This document shows, piece by piece, positions 21,092-32,044 of a stretch of 64,000 bases of DNA. Source of the DNA: Candidatus Poribacteria bacterium (GTDB lineage Bacteria > Poribacteria > WGA-4E > PCPOR2b); contig OZ242326.1 of NCBI GenBank assembly GCA_965208325.1, forward strand, positions 1,984,001 through 2,048,000, in the 5' to 3' direction. Below the pieces are notes generated by a model, which did no database searches, was not told where the DNA came from, and saw nothing but the letters and a program-made list of their open reading frames with translations. Each line of letters starts with the position of its first letter. Position 1 is the stretch's first letter. Made by a program: the position numbers and the translations under genes.

Positions 21092-23461
21092 TTAACGTGC
21101 GCCGTAAGTGTTTTGTTCTGATGGAGGGCGCGCCGGCTGGTACAAGTCGAAATCAACGGTGTTGAAATCGGTGCCGGCGGGCAGTAGAAAGTAGACCGCC
21201 CCCGGCGCGGTTGGAAATTCCGCAATTGGATTAGTGAACGACTGGACGAGTTCTCCTGAAGAATCGTACAACTTCGCGGGGGTCGCATAAGGGTCCACAA
21301 TACGGCACATCCCGCCAACGGTACTCTCCACGCTCACGAATTTGACCTGACCCGCTTTCAGGCACGAGGAGACCAGAAACGCATCTTCCGTCCGCAGCCG
21401 GTAAAAAGCGGCATCCTCCCACGCTTTTGGCAGCGCCGGAAACACACGGATAGTCCCGCCCCAACTTTGGATCAGCATTTCCATAATTACCGCAGGCATT
21501 CCGAGACTCGGTTCCAACGGCACGCCTTCCGCTGCTTTGCCCCGTACATACGGCGCATTGGTGGCGAGACCAACCGGCGTAACATAGTTCTCATACGCTT
21601 TAAGCGCTTCGACACACTTATCACCTTTTCCAACCCGCGCATAAATCATCGCGAGGTACACGTAGGACCAGCACTGCCAGTCAACTACAAATCCGTGAGA
21701 TTCAACCTGTGCAAGGCTCTGATTGATGAGATTATTGTCTTCCGTTTCGCCGTCAATCGAAATCTGGTGCATCGGATACATCGGAAACAGGTGAGTCATG
21801 TGGCGGTGCGGACGGTCTAGCGGTTGCCCGCTCCAGATGTGGAGCCCATCCGTCCCTTGCGGGAAGGGTGCGAGATTCGACTGAACATCCCGCCAGCGTT
21901 CGGCATCCGGATCGTCGATTTTGAGAATACCCACCGATTCAAGAAGAGACTCCGTTAGAAAACGGATGAGCGCCAAATCTGCGGAGGCGTCAGGTCCCCA
22001 CGGAATCCCATTTTCGGGGATGAATTCCGGCGAACAGGACCACGGGAGATGCCACAGTCCATCGCCGCCTCGTTCAAGCATGCCGAGATAGGTCTTCATG
22101 AACTCGCGCATCATCGGGTAGGCGCGTTCCCGCAGAAATTTTTCGTCGAGCGAATAGCGGTAGCGCAGCCAAAAGAAATGACACACCCATGCACCGCAAC
22201 CGGGCCAATAGGTGGTGCTAGCATCGCCCATTAGGCTGATTGTCCCGTCTGCGCCAAGCGCGCCGCCGAGCCACGGACCTTCCCAGCCGAACTCCCTGCC
22301 GCGCCGGCAGAATTCCGGGAGGAGTTTCAAACTCCATTCGCAGAGCGCGTCTAACATCTCAAGCCGATTCGAGGTGAAGGTGGGCCAATAATACATTGGC
22401 AGATCAAAGTGAGGCCGCCCAGCGCCAACCACCATATCCGTATCGGGTGTCCAGGGCGCCAGAAGTCCCATGGGCCAATGCTTTTCGGGGTTTGAAGCTG
22501 AACCGAGCTGGCAGATTCCTAAATAGTAGAGGCTTTCGAGTTGGCTATCCGGGATGGAGATAAAAGAACGCGACCAAAATGCACGCCACCAAGCCGTATG
22601 TGCTTCCAAAAGCGATGCAACGCCCTCCTGTTTTGCTTCGCGGAGCACGGCTCTGGCGCGTAGATCAGGATTGGGCGCCTCCGCGGAACTCGCCAAAGTT
22701 ATGTAGAAAACGCAACGATTCGGGGCTGGACGGCCGGTTATACCGCTAACATAGAACTCCTGCCCGTTCAACATTGCCTGTTTCCAACCCCATTCCCGTC
22801 CGCCAAGGTCGAGTTCAGCGGGAGGATACGCTACGGGCTGCTCGGGACCTGCCGCCCGAACATCGCCCGGCATACCGCTGAAGCGGAACTGCCCCAATTC
22901 CACCTCAGCCGGGTGACAGGCAACTGATGGAGAGAATGTATGCGCATCCGTTTCTATAGTGATTACAATTACATTTTTTTGCGGCGGGATGAAGGCTGAC
23001 AGGTTGAGATTCTGTTTTGCTGAAACCATCTGGGCAATTGCCTGCGCGCGGCTTAACTGAAGCCGTCCTCGAAAATCCGTCGGGGGAGCGCCGAGGTTTA
23101 TTTCGATTCGACCAACGGGGGGATGGTAGACGAGCTGCCAGCTTTTGGAGAAAACTCCTTCTGTGTCCTGCCACTGTCCAGTTTCCAAGCCGGCGACAAG
23201 GGTGCTCCAATGGTAGTCCGGGTGGATAACTTTTGTCTGCGGGGCGGTTTCGAATAGGTCGAGCTTATCAAGCGAAATGTTCAGCCGTTCCGCTTCGAAC
23301 CAGAGTACGGCGCCGATGTCGCCGTTGGCGAGCAGCATTCCCTCGTCCCAGATTTCGGGTGCACGTTCATACAGGAGATCGTGCTGTTTCAACCACTGGT
23401 CCATGTCTGGCAATGCTATAGACTCAGGTTGAGAGGTTTGTGGATGAGTTGCAAATGTCAC
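21092..23461 (-). CDS. Glycoside hydrolase, GH95-like (alpha-L-fucosidase-like)
   Basis: NGDIGA, AYPMMRE, SPE, HRHMTHLFPMYP, EMLIQS..IRVFPALPKAW. Confidence 0.85.
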   Translation of the reverse strand: MTFATHPQTSQPESIALPDMDQWLKQHDLLYERAPEIWDEGMLLANGDIGAVLWFEAERLNISLDKLDLFETAPQTKVIHPDYHWSTLVAGLETGQWQDTEGVFSKSWQLVYHPPVGRIEINLGAPPTDFRGRLQLSRAQAIAQMVSAKQNLNLSAFIPPQKNVIVITIETDAHTFSPSVACHPAEVELGQFRFSGMPGDVRAAGPEQPVAYPPAELDLGGREWGWKQAMLNGQEFYVSGITGRPAPNRCVFYITLASSAEAPNPDLRARAVLREAKQEGVASLLEAHTAWWRAFWSRSFISIPDSQLESLYYLGICQLGSASNPEKHWPMGLLAPWTPDTDMVVGAGRPHFDLPMYYWPTFTSNRLEMLDALCEWSLKLLPEFCRRGREFGWEGPWLGGALGADGTISLMGDASTTYWPGCGAWVCHFFWLRYRYSLDEKFLRERAYPMMREFMKTYLGMLERGGDGLWHLPWSCSPEFIPENGIPWGPDASADLALIRFLTESLLESVGILKIDDPDAERWRDVQSNLAPFPQGTDGLHIWSGQPLDRPHRHMTHLFPMYPMHQISIDGETEDNNLINQSLAQVESHGFVVDWQCWSYVYLAMIYARVGKGDKCVEALKAYENYVTPVGLATNAPYVRGKAAEGVPLEPSLGMPAVIMEMLIQSWGGTIRVFPALPKAWEDAAFYRLRTEDAFLVSSCLKAGQVKFVSVESTVGGMCRIVDPYATPAKLYDSSGELVQSFTNPIAEFPTAPGAVYFLLPAGTDFNTVDFDLYQPARPPSEQNTYGAR

Positions 23462-23797
23462 GGTAGGGTTCCTTCAAGCTAAGGTGTAGGGGCGCGGTGC
23501 TAACATTAAGTCTTGGCGCTCTATATGAATTGTTAATGCTTCGTTTGCTGTTTATTGCGCCAAATTGTTGTGCCAGAATATCGATCTTGACAGCGGTTAA
23601 CGGGTCGGCTATGATATTCGCGAATTGTCCGCTCATTTCTGCCTTGAAAAGAGAATAACACCCCTCCACCCAATTGTCTAGAGATTTTTGGAATACCCGA
23701 TCTTACGCTTAGCGTTAAAGAAGCCAAGTTTTGAAGAAAAAACTCGGCTTCAAACAAAGCCCGCGATTCGGAGATGGATGCTGCGGGATACAGCAGT

Positions 23798-24940
23798 TGT
23801 CTGAACTGTGATTTATTTGATTGAATGGTGGGCTATGATTGTGGGAGCACATAATGATTCGGTGTTGAAGCGTAGGCGGATTGGCTACCGCTTACAACAA
23901 CTCGGACTTCGCCAATTGGTGTTTGGGACAGTGTTCGTGTTGGGTAATCATTTGGGATGGGAGAGGTTTTAAAAGCGTTGGGTTTCGCTCCATTCATCGG
24001 AATTTGCACGCGGTGAGGTTGACGAAGCGATTCGTATTGATGGGCGGTTTTTGGCTGAATACGCTCTACCCAACCTACAAGAACTGTCTGAACTGTGATT
24101 TATTTGATTGAATGATGGGCTATGATTGTGGGAACACATAATGATTCGGTGTTGAAGCGTAGGCGGATTGGCTACCGCTTACAACAACTAGGACTTCGCC
24201 AATTGGTGTTTGGGACTTGTTCGTGTGGGGTAATCATTTGGGATGGGAGAGGTTTCAAAAGCGTTGGGTTTCGCTCCATCCATCGGAGTTTGCACGCGGT
24301 AAGGTTGACGAAGCGATTCGTGTTGATGGGCGGTTTTTGGCTGAATACGCTCTACCCAACCTACAAAAACTGTCTGAACTGTGATTTTTGTGATTGAATG
24401 GTGGGCTATGATTGTGGGAACACATAATGATTCGGTGTTGAAGCGTAGGCGGATTGGCTACCGCTTACAACAACTAGGACTTCGCCAATTGGTGTTTGGG
24501 ACTTGTTCGTGTGGGGTAATCATTTGGGATGGGAGAGGTTTTAAAAGCGTTGGGTTTCGCTCCATTCATCGGAATTTGCACGCGGTGAGGTTGACGAAGC
24601 GATTCGTGTTGATGGGCGGTTTTTGGATGAATCCGCTCTACCCAACCTACAAGAACTGTCTGAACTGTGATTTATTTGATTGAATGATGGGCTATGATTG
24701 TGGGAGCACATAATGATTCGGTGTTGAAGCGTAGGCGGATTGGCTAACGCTTACAACAAATAGGATTGCGTCAATTGGTGTTTGGGACGGTGTTCGTGTT
24801 GGGTAATCATTTGGGATGGGAGAGGTTTCAAAAGCGTTGGGTTTCGCTATATCCATCGGAATTTGCACGCGTTGAGGTTGACGGGGCGATTGGTGTTGAT
24901 GGGCGGTTTTTGGCTGAATCCGCTCTACCCAACCTACAAG
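23798..24940. repeat. Four tandem ~286-bp units
   Basis: TGTCTGAACTGTG starts at 23798, 24085, 24371, 24657; flanked by palindromes at ~23720 and ~24972. Confidence 0.95.
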
Positions 24941-25097
24941 AGCTAAATCGCAGAATTTTGCTGCATTTAAGAAACCGAGTTTTGAAGAAAAAAAACTCGG
25001 TTTCAAATAAGGGTCGAGATTTGGAAATCGCTCCTACAGATGATAGCGGTTCGACAGATTATTGAGAGTTAGCTTGTTGATTTAGAAAGGAACGTGC

Positions 25098-28000
25098 ATG
25101 GCCAATTTGAGCCATCCTTATTTGACGTTGTTATCAACCCTCTACACCGCCGGAAACGGTAATAGAGACAGGTCCGAGACTGCTCATTTCCCATATCTGT
25201 GCCAACCGAGCGTTTCGCCGAACGGGAGCGAAATCGCGTTTTGCTATGCCGGCGACGTGTGGATAGCATCTGCAGAAGGCGGGCAGGCTAGGCGGGTTAC
25301 GACTCACCCGAGCCACGATTCACATCCCATTTTCTCACCGGATGGGAGCGAATTGGCGTTTGCCTCTCAGCGTACAGGCGATGGAAATATTTACGTTATC
25401 TCGCTCAACTCAAGCGAGCCGCCGAGGCGTTTGACACATCACAGCGCATCAGTTCCGCCTGCATGTTGGTCGCCTGACGGAAATTGGATCTATTTTGCAT
25501 CAATGTACGACGGCATCTGCGGCGCGATTTACAAGATATCGGTTGATGGCGGCACGCCAATCCGCGTTGCCGGCGACCCTATGGAATCCCACTATAACGC
25601 GGTTATTTCCCCAGATGGAAGTATGTTGGCGTTTAACAACAACGGACACGCGTGGTGGCGGCGCGGTCCTAATCCGGCGGGGCATTCCGACATCTGGACA
25701 GTGAACGTTTGCGGGACAGGTCATAAACGGTTAACGCAGTACCTTGGCAAAAATCTGAATCCGATGTGGAACGCGGACGGGGATGCACTTTATTATCTCA
25801 ACGACCGCAGCGGCCAGGAAAATATCTGGTGTATGTGCTTGGATGGCGATGGCACCGCTGAACAGATTACGCATTTTACCGACGGACGTGTGTTGCGTCC
25901 ATCAATCTCCGCGGATGGAGAATGGATTGCGTTCGAGCGCGGCTTTCAGCTCTGGCGGTTAAACCTCAGTAATCGAGAGTGCGAACCGATAGACATCGCT
26001 GTGCACACTGACGAGAAATCTAACCCTGTGACGCATCGAACTTACACGGGGGACATCGTCGAATTCCAACTTTCACCGGACGGGAAAAAGGCTGCGTTCA
26101 TTGTCCACGGAGACGTTTTTGCGGATCTCGCCGATAAGGGTGAGAAAGTAAAAAAAGGCGGGGATTCATTTAAGGTCACGGATACGCCCGCCCGTGAGAG
26201 CCAGTTGCGTTGGCACCCGGAGAGTAATCGGGTTGTTTATGTGTCGGATAGGTTGGGGAACAACCAAATCTTCGCGTACGATTTTGTAGCGCGTGAAGAG
26301 ACGCAACTCACCCATTCGCCAGAGCAGAAATTCGCGCCGAAATATTCGCCGGATGGCAAAACGCTCGCCTACATGCAGGGCAATACCGAAATTTGGTTGA
26401 TGGACACCGAAACACTCGATAGCCGCCCGTTCATTATGAATCAGGTATTCGTCAATGTGCCCATACCGGCAGATTTCGGTTGGTCCCCTGATAGCAAATG
26501 GCTTGCTTTTATCGCTCAAGACCAGAATTTTTTCAGCAACCTCTACGTCCAACATGTAGATGACAGCACGCCGAAACAGATTACTTTCTTGAGCAACGTC
26601 CGCGCTTACAACACGCTTTGGTCGCCCGACGGAAAATTCATCATATTCAATACGGGACAGTACCGGACAGAAAACCAGATTGCACGGGTAGACCTTAAGC
26701 CGATCCAGCCAATATTCAAGGAAGAGGATTTTGATAAGCTTTTTGTAGCGGAAAAGGATAACGCTAACGAAGAAGAAAGACCGGAGACTGGCGCCAAACA
26801 ATCCGAAAATGACAAGGCATCCGATAAAGAAAACGATACGGATAAAGCGCAAATAGAACCGGTGGAGATTTCTTTCGAGTCTATCAAGCACCGGCTTCGC
26901 TTCCTCACGGATGCTAAGCTAAACGCGGCGGCGTTGCGTATTCACCCTGACAATAAAACCCTAATCTTCCGGGCTGTCATGAACGGACACCCCAATCTCT
27001 GGAGTATGTTTCTTGAGGATGACAAGCGAGGCGAACTTCCGAAGCAGCTAACTTCAACTGCAACCGGTAAAGGCAATGTTCATTTTATGCCAGATGGCAA
27101 AAGAATCTTTTTCAACGACGGCGGTCGAATTCACACGCTTGGGCTTAGTGAAGACGGCGGCAAAGAAGGTGATTCAAAAATGATTGAAACTATAGCAGAG
27201 GTTAAAATTGATTTTCACCTTCAGAAAATGCAAGCTTTCAATGAGGCGTGGCGGATGATACGGGATAGTTTCTATGATTCCCGATTTCACGGCTGCGATT
27301 GGGAAGGGCTGTTGGGACAATTTCGACCGATTATTCAGAGCGTCCAAACGCAAACGGATTTCCGTGAGGTTTTGAACTTGATGGTCGGTGAACTGAACGC
27401 TTCACACCTTGGCGCACGGGGCGGTAACACGAATAGTTCTGACAGCCACCTCGGCGCGGATTTCGATCAGGTGGCATTGGAGGGGCGCGGGCATTTCAAA
27501 ATTACGCATGTTCTACCGGAATCGCCATTGGCCATGCCATCAGGACCCGCCGAGGTTGGCGAGTATCTACTGGCAGTCGATGGCGTTGAACTCAATGGGC
27601 GAGTCAACCTCTCCGAACTACTCCAGCGAAAAAGCGGTAAACGCGTCGGGGTAAAACTCAACGACAAACCGGAACTCGCGGGCGCACGCGACCTAACGGT
27701 TCAGCCGATTGACGCAAGCCGATACGCCGATCTTCGTTATAAAAATTGGGTGCGATGCAATGGCGAATATGTCAATGAAAAGAGCAACGGCCGGTTCGGA
27801 TACGTCCATATCCCCGCGATGTCCTATGACGCCTACCTCCAATTCACCGCCGATCTTGATGCCGAAACGCACAACAAAGCGGGGGTCATCATAGATGTCC
27901 GCTTCAACCCGGGCGGACACATTGCACCGTTCATCCTCGACGTATTGTACCGAAAAGCGTATACGAGTTCAAGCTATCGCGGGCGTATCGCTACACCGGA

Positions 28001-28367
28001 CACGCATTTAGCTGGGAGCCGCATCCTTGACAAGCCCCTTATACTTATTGTCAATGAGCATTCGGCAAGCAACGCAGAGATGTTCAGCGAAGGATTCCGC
28101 AAGCTAGGATTGGGAAAGGTCGTCGGGATGCCCACTGCCGGCGCCGTTATCTGGACAACGAACTTGAAATTGCTCGACGGGACATGGTTCCGATTGCCGC
28201 GGTTCAAGGTAACAACCCTTGAGGGTGAAAATACCGAAGGGGTTGGCAGACCGGTTGATGTGGAGGTCGACCGCCCGCTTGGAGAAGCCGAACAGGGTGT
28301 AGACAGCCAACTTGATGCCGCGGTCGAACAGTTGCTCGCACAAATTGATAGTGGAAATGAGGCGTAG
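25098..28367 (+). CDS. Tricorn-like S41 peptidase (PD40 propellers, PDZ, S41)
   Basis: SPDG repeats; GELNASH; GYVHIPAM; IDVRFNPGG; SASNAE. Confidence 0.93.
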   Translation: MANLSHPYLTLLSTLYTAGNGNRDRSETAHFPYLCQPSVSPNGSEIAFCYAGDVWIASAEGGQARRVTTHPSHDSHPIFSPDGSELAFASQRTGDGNIYVISLNSSEPPRRLTHHSASVPPACWSPDGNWIYFASMYDGICGAIYKISVDGGTPIRVAGDPMESHYNAVISPDGSMLAFNNNGHAWWRRGPNPAGHSDIWTVNVCGTGHKRLTQYLGKNLNPMWNADGDALYYLNDRSGQENIWCMCLDGDGTAEQITHFTDGRVLRPSISADGEWIAFERGFQLWRLNLSNRECEPIDIAVHTDEKSNPVTHRTYTGDIVEFQLSPDGKKAAFIVHGDVFADLADKGEKVKKGGDSFKVTDTPARESQLRWHPESNRVVYVSDRLGNNQIFAYDFVAREETQLTHSPEQKFAPKYSPDGKTLAYMQGNTEIWLMDTETLDSRPFIMNQVFVNVPIPADFGWSPDSKWLAFIAQDQNFFSNLYVQHVDDSTPKQITFLSNVRAYNTLWSPDGKFIIFNTGQYRTENQIARVDLKPIQPIFKEEDFDKLFVAEKDNANEEERPETGAKQSENDKASDKENDTDKAQIEPVEISFESIKHRLRFLTDAKLNAAALRIHPDNKTLIFRAVMNGHPNLWSMFLEDDKRGELPKQLTSTATGKGNVHFMPDGKRIFFNDGGRIHTLGLSEDGGKEGDSKMIETIAEVKIDFHLQKMQAFNEAWRMIRDSFYDSRFHGCDWEGLLGQFRPIIQSVQTQTDFREVLNLMVGELNASHLGARGGNTNSSDSHLGADFDQVALEGRGHFKITHVLPESPLAMPSGPAEVGEYLLAVDGVELNGRVNLSELLQRKSGKRVGVKLNDKPELAGARDLTVQPIDASRYADLRYKNWVRCNGEYVNEKSNGRFGYVHIPAMSYDAYLQFTADLDAETHNKAGVIIDVRFNPGGHIAPFILDVLYRKAYTSSSYRGRIATPDTHLAGSRILDKPLILIVNEHSASNAEMFSEGFRKLGLGKVVGMPTAGAVIWTTNLKLLDGTWFRLPRFKVTTLEGENTEGVGRPVDVEVDRPLGEAEQGVDSQLDAAVEQLLAQIDSGNEA

Positions 28368-28620
28368 GGTACAACACCGATAAGGATTACTGGACATCTT
28401 TCCCAAATAACTCAATGTTGTGGACGGCACGTACAGGCATGAGAGTTTTGACGATTGACAGTTTCCCAAGCCAATCGGTTCGTGGGTTGATGCCATCGGA
28501 CACCGGCATTTTATTGAAAAAGTGGCTATTATTTGTTCTTTGTACCTTTCGCCCCTCTGGGGCTTAATCCGGTAATATTATGGAAAGACATCCACTGATA
28601 AAAGCGGCATTAGCAGGGAT

Positions 28621-29574
28621 CTACGGGATGCCCAGCGCTTCAATCTCCTGATGCAAATCGGACGGCAGCGGGCCGTCATAGGCCGCGATAACGTTCTCCT
28701 CTACCTCAGCGGGACTTTTTGGACCGATCAACATCGTGGTCACGTCCGGATCGCCCATGAGATACCGGACGCTTAGTGCAGCAATTGAAAGACCGCTCTC
28801 GCGCTGTAATTCGTATAGGCGTTCGAACCGCCGCCGGATATCCGGCGGGAAAGATTCAGCGACCTCCTGTTGAGATGACGCAAACATCCCGCCCCGAAGC
28901 GCGCCGCCCAACACCATGGCTACGCCCCGCTCGCGTGCGAGCGGTAGGGATTCGCGGCGAATGTCACGCCATATCAGGTCGTAGTGACCTGCAACCAGAT
29001 AAGCGTCTACATCCACATGGCGTAATGCGTGAGCCGTCTCGGTTGCGCTGTTACCGGTTACACCGGTAAACCGGCAAAGCCCCTGCGCTTTCGCCTCATT
29101 CAGCGCCTGCATGACAGGGGAATCCGCAAAATCGTAGTCTTGATCTGGATCGACGTATTCGTCGTGCGGCAATTCGTCCGTCCACCAAGCGCGCCAATCC
29201 GCCTCATGCACCTGAAACGCACCAATGCTATCCCGCTGCAGCGTACGCAGGTTTTCTCCAATTTGAACATGAATCGCCTCGACGGAACGGAAATGCCGCG
29301 TGTCGCGGAAATGACCAACTTTCGTCGCCAATACGTACCCATCAGGGCGGCTCCTCAATGCCACGCCTAAAATCATCTGCGACGGCCCATAAAGCGGGGA
29401 GGTATCGATGTAGGTTATACCCATGTCGAGCGCGCAATGCACTGTGGCTACGCCGTCGTTCAGGGAAATATCTCCGAGATGAGAGCCGCCCAATCCTACG
29501 ACGGTTACATGTTCGTCCGAGCTGCCAAAAGGCCGTTTCTCGATTGTGTTAGCCAATGGTGGTTCTCCTTTCAT
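28621..29574 (-). CDS. Aldo/keto reductase
   Basis: GITYIDTSPLYG, ATKVG, LIGPKSPAEVEEN. Confidence 0.9.
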   Translation of the reverse strand: MKGEPPLANTIEKRPFGSSDEHVTVVGLGGSHLGDISLNDGVATVHCALDMGITYIDTSPLYGPSQMILGVALRSRPDGYVLATKVGHFRDTRHFRSVEAIHVQIGENLRTLQRDSIGAFQVHEADWRAWWTDELPHDEYVDPDQDYDFADSPVMQALNEAKAQGLCRFTGVTGNSATETAHALRHVDVDAYLVAGHYDLIWRDIRRESLPLARERGVAMVLGGALRGGMFASSQQEVAESFPPDIRRRFERLYELQRESGLSIAALSVRYLMGDPDVTTMLIGPKSPAEVEENVIAAYDGPLPSDLHQEIEALGIP

Positions 29575-29635
29575 TCTTGAATTTTAAACCGGTTCCCCCA
29601 GTGGTTTAGCGCTTTGTTTGGGGGATGGGCGAAAT

Positions 29636-30484
29636 TCATGCCGCTTGAAAGGCATCAAGCGTCGCTTTCAATAGTCGAGAGGCGTGGAACGGGTCCGGGT
29701 GGCCCCACACATCCGCTTGCACCCACCGGTCATATCCAACGTTTCGCAGCGCACTGAGAATTGCGTCAAGATCGAGGATGCCTTCGCCCGCGCCGAGGTG
29801 GCGTGCAACATTTTGAAAGTTGCTGTCGTCCGAGTCGCAGAAGTGCACATGACCAATGTAATCCGCATACTTCGTGACAGCTTCGAGCGCGTCGCCGTCA
29901 AGCATCTGCGCATGGCCGCAGTCGTAAATCAAGCGAAAGTTGGGTGATCCCACGGCGTCCACAACCCGCGCGGCGAGCGCGTAGTTGTACGCAAGTTGGA
30001 TAGCCTCCGGCTCAATGGTTGTCATCAGATTGAGTTCCTCTGCGCGCGCAGCGACGGGCCGGAGCGCTTCCGCCATTCTGGACACGACTTCGTCCTGCGG
30101 CAGGTCTGGCTGTTTCATGGCGGGCCAAAATCCGCATTGAACGCCGCCCATGGCGTGGCAGAACTCGACCTGTTCAACTGCGCACCGCCCCCATTCCAAT
30201 CGGCTCGACTGATCTGGCGAACCGATTTCACCCCGCGTCACGCCTGCCTGAATGCCCACGACTTCCAAGCCGTGCGCAGTGACCTGCCGGGCATAAGCGG
30301 CAACAGCCGCCGCATCGTGAATGTCGGGGTAGGGCGCAATTCCAGCTCCGTCCCTGCCGTCGAGTTCTATGCCGTCATAACCCAGCTCGACTGCATGTTC
30401 AAGCACTTCTTCATACGTAACTTTGACGTTGTGGATAGGGCCTAACACGGCGAATCCATTTATTCCAAGACATATTTTCCACAT
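29636..30484 (-). CDS. Sugar phosphate isomerase/epimerase (xylose-isomerase-like TIM barrel)
   Basis: GYDGIEL, IEPE, YDCGH, HVHFCD, GEGILD. Confidence 0.88.
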   Translation of the reverse strand: MWKICLGINGFAVLGPIHNVKVTYEEVLEHAVELGYDGIELDGRDGAGIAPYPDIHDAAAVAAYARQVTAHGLEVVGIQAGVTRGEIGSPDQSSRLEWGRCAVEQVEFCHAMGGVQCGFWPAMKQPDLPQDEVVSRMAEALRPVAARAEELNLMTTIEPEAIQLAYNYALAARVVDAVGSPNFRLIYDCGHAQMLDGDALEAVTKYADYIGHVHFCDSDDSNFQNVARHLGAGEGILDLDAILSALRNVGYDRWVQADVWGHPDPFHASRLLKATLDAFQAA

Positions 30485-30588
30485 TTGCGATACTCCTTCA
30501 TGTTGTCGGTATACTCAAACCGAGAGATTATTGACCTGTTCAAAAGTGCAGAATCAATGGGAAAAACGCCGGAATCACCTGAATTCGG

Positions 30589-31383
30589 TCATTCATTTTT
30601 GAAGCCGGCGTCCGCGTATCTTTGGGTTGCGGGTGTCCACTGGCTGTAAAAGGCACGCTGCGCCGGGTTCGGATGCTGCGCCAGGCGTTCAGGAATGAGT
30701 ACCCACTCCGTCAAAACCGGACTTGCGGCGCGGCTATAATAGGTGTGTTGCGTCCGCCTGCCTGCATCGGTTGTCCCAGCGAAACGCGCATGATAGGTGG
30801 CAATATTGTAAAGGATAGCGGTACCTGCGGCACCGCGAATCGGAATTTCGCGATAATCAGCCATCTCGGCTTTGGCATCTTCTGCCGTGGCGTAGGGGTG
30901 GCTATTCGGGACAACGGAGAAACAGGGCGTCTTTTCTGTCACATCCGTCAGGTAGAAGATGCGGCACAGATAGCGGCACTGGTAATCGTGATTTGGATCC
31001 CAGTTATCGCGGGTAAGGTAAGAGTGGTCCTGATGGAAACGCATGGGATTCTTTCCATCGCCGTCCGGCAACTCACGAAAATCGAACTGCGCGAATCGCA
31101 CATCCTCTCCGAGGATTGCTTCTATGAGCGGATACGTGGTCGGATGCTGGACGAAGGCGTCGAGCTGCGGGTGTTCGACGAGGATTTGTCCGTGGTCGTG
31201 AATATCGCGGGTGCCTATTCCCCATTCGTCCGGAATCTGCTGTTGGCTTTCCGCCACAAAACGGTTGAGAAAATCAATTTCATTGGACGTCAGTCCGTCC
31301 GAAATGACCGCATAGTTGTTCCGCTGGAAAAAGTCGAGTATGTCATCGCGTTGATTCGGTGTAAATGAAGGGTGTTCGTGCAT
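30589..31383 (-). CDS. PhyH family dioxygenase
   Basis: FHQD, YLTDV, VVPNSH, AGTAILYNIATYH. Confidence 0.88.
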   Translation of the reverse strand: MHEHPSFTPNQRDDILDFFQRNNYAVISDGLTSNEIDFLNRFVAESQQQIPDEWGIGTRDIHDHGQILVEHPQLDAFVQHPTTYPLIEAILGEDVRFAQFDFRELPDGDGKNPMRFHQDHSYLTRDNWDPNHDYQCRYLCRIFYLTDVTEKTPCFSVVPNSHPYATAEDAKAEMADYREIPIRGAAGTAILYNIATYHARFAGTTDAGRRTQHTYYSRAASPVLTEWVLIPERLAQHPNPAQRAFYSQWTPATQRYADAGFKNE

Positions 31384-31500
31384 AATTTATATTTGATTTC
31401 CAATCCGGGGAGGCAGCAGCCGCCAAATTTGTGATAATGTCCGGTAGTTTTAAACGAAATTTAACGATGACGTGGAGTGATTCGCTGTTTCACAGCGAAT

Positions 31501-31935
31501 GCGCGGCAAGATGCCGCGCCTACAAAGGGGGCAAATTCACGAAATATGGTGCCTGTTAGTGGGCGCCTTCTCACACCAAATCATGACAGAAGCAGTCGAT
31601 GTTGCTCATCAATTGCGCGGCAAGATGCCGCGCCTACAAAGGGGGTCAATTCACGAAATATGGTGCCTGTTAGTGGGCACAATCTTACACCAAATCATGA
31701 TAGAAGCAGTCGATGTTTCTCATCAATTGCGCGGCAAGATGCCGCGCCTACAAAGGGGGCAAATTCACGAAATATGGTGCCTGTTAGTGGGCGCATTCTC
31801 ACACCAAATCATGACAGAAGCAGTCGAGGTTGCTCATCAATTGCGCGGCAAGATGCCGCGCCTACAAAGGGGGTCAATTCACGAACTACGGTGTCCGTTA
31901 GTGAGCGAAATCCTACACCAGATTATGATGGAAGT
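31501..31935. repeat. Four tandem 114-bp units, each starting with GCGCGGCAAGATGCCGCGCCTAC
   Basis: Cores at 31501, 31615, 31729, 31843. Confidence 0.95.
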
Positions 31936-31986
31936 CAAGAAAATTGTGATTACTTTACCGCAGGTTTTACGTACCGCCATTTGTTA

Positions 31987-32014
31987 TTGACACAGATTTG
32001 AAAACCGTTATAAT
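31987..32014 (+). promoter_or_regulatory. Sigma70-type promoter TTGACA-N16-TATAAT
   Basis: Perfect consensus hexamers 30 bp upstream of ATG 32045. Confidence 0.75.
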
Positions 32015-32044
32015 CAGTACATTGCGGACTGTGAAAATTCAACG

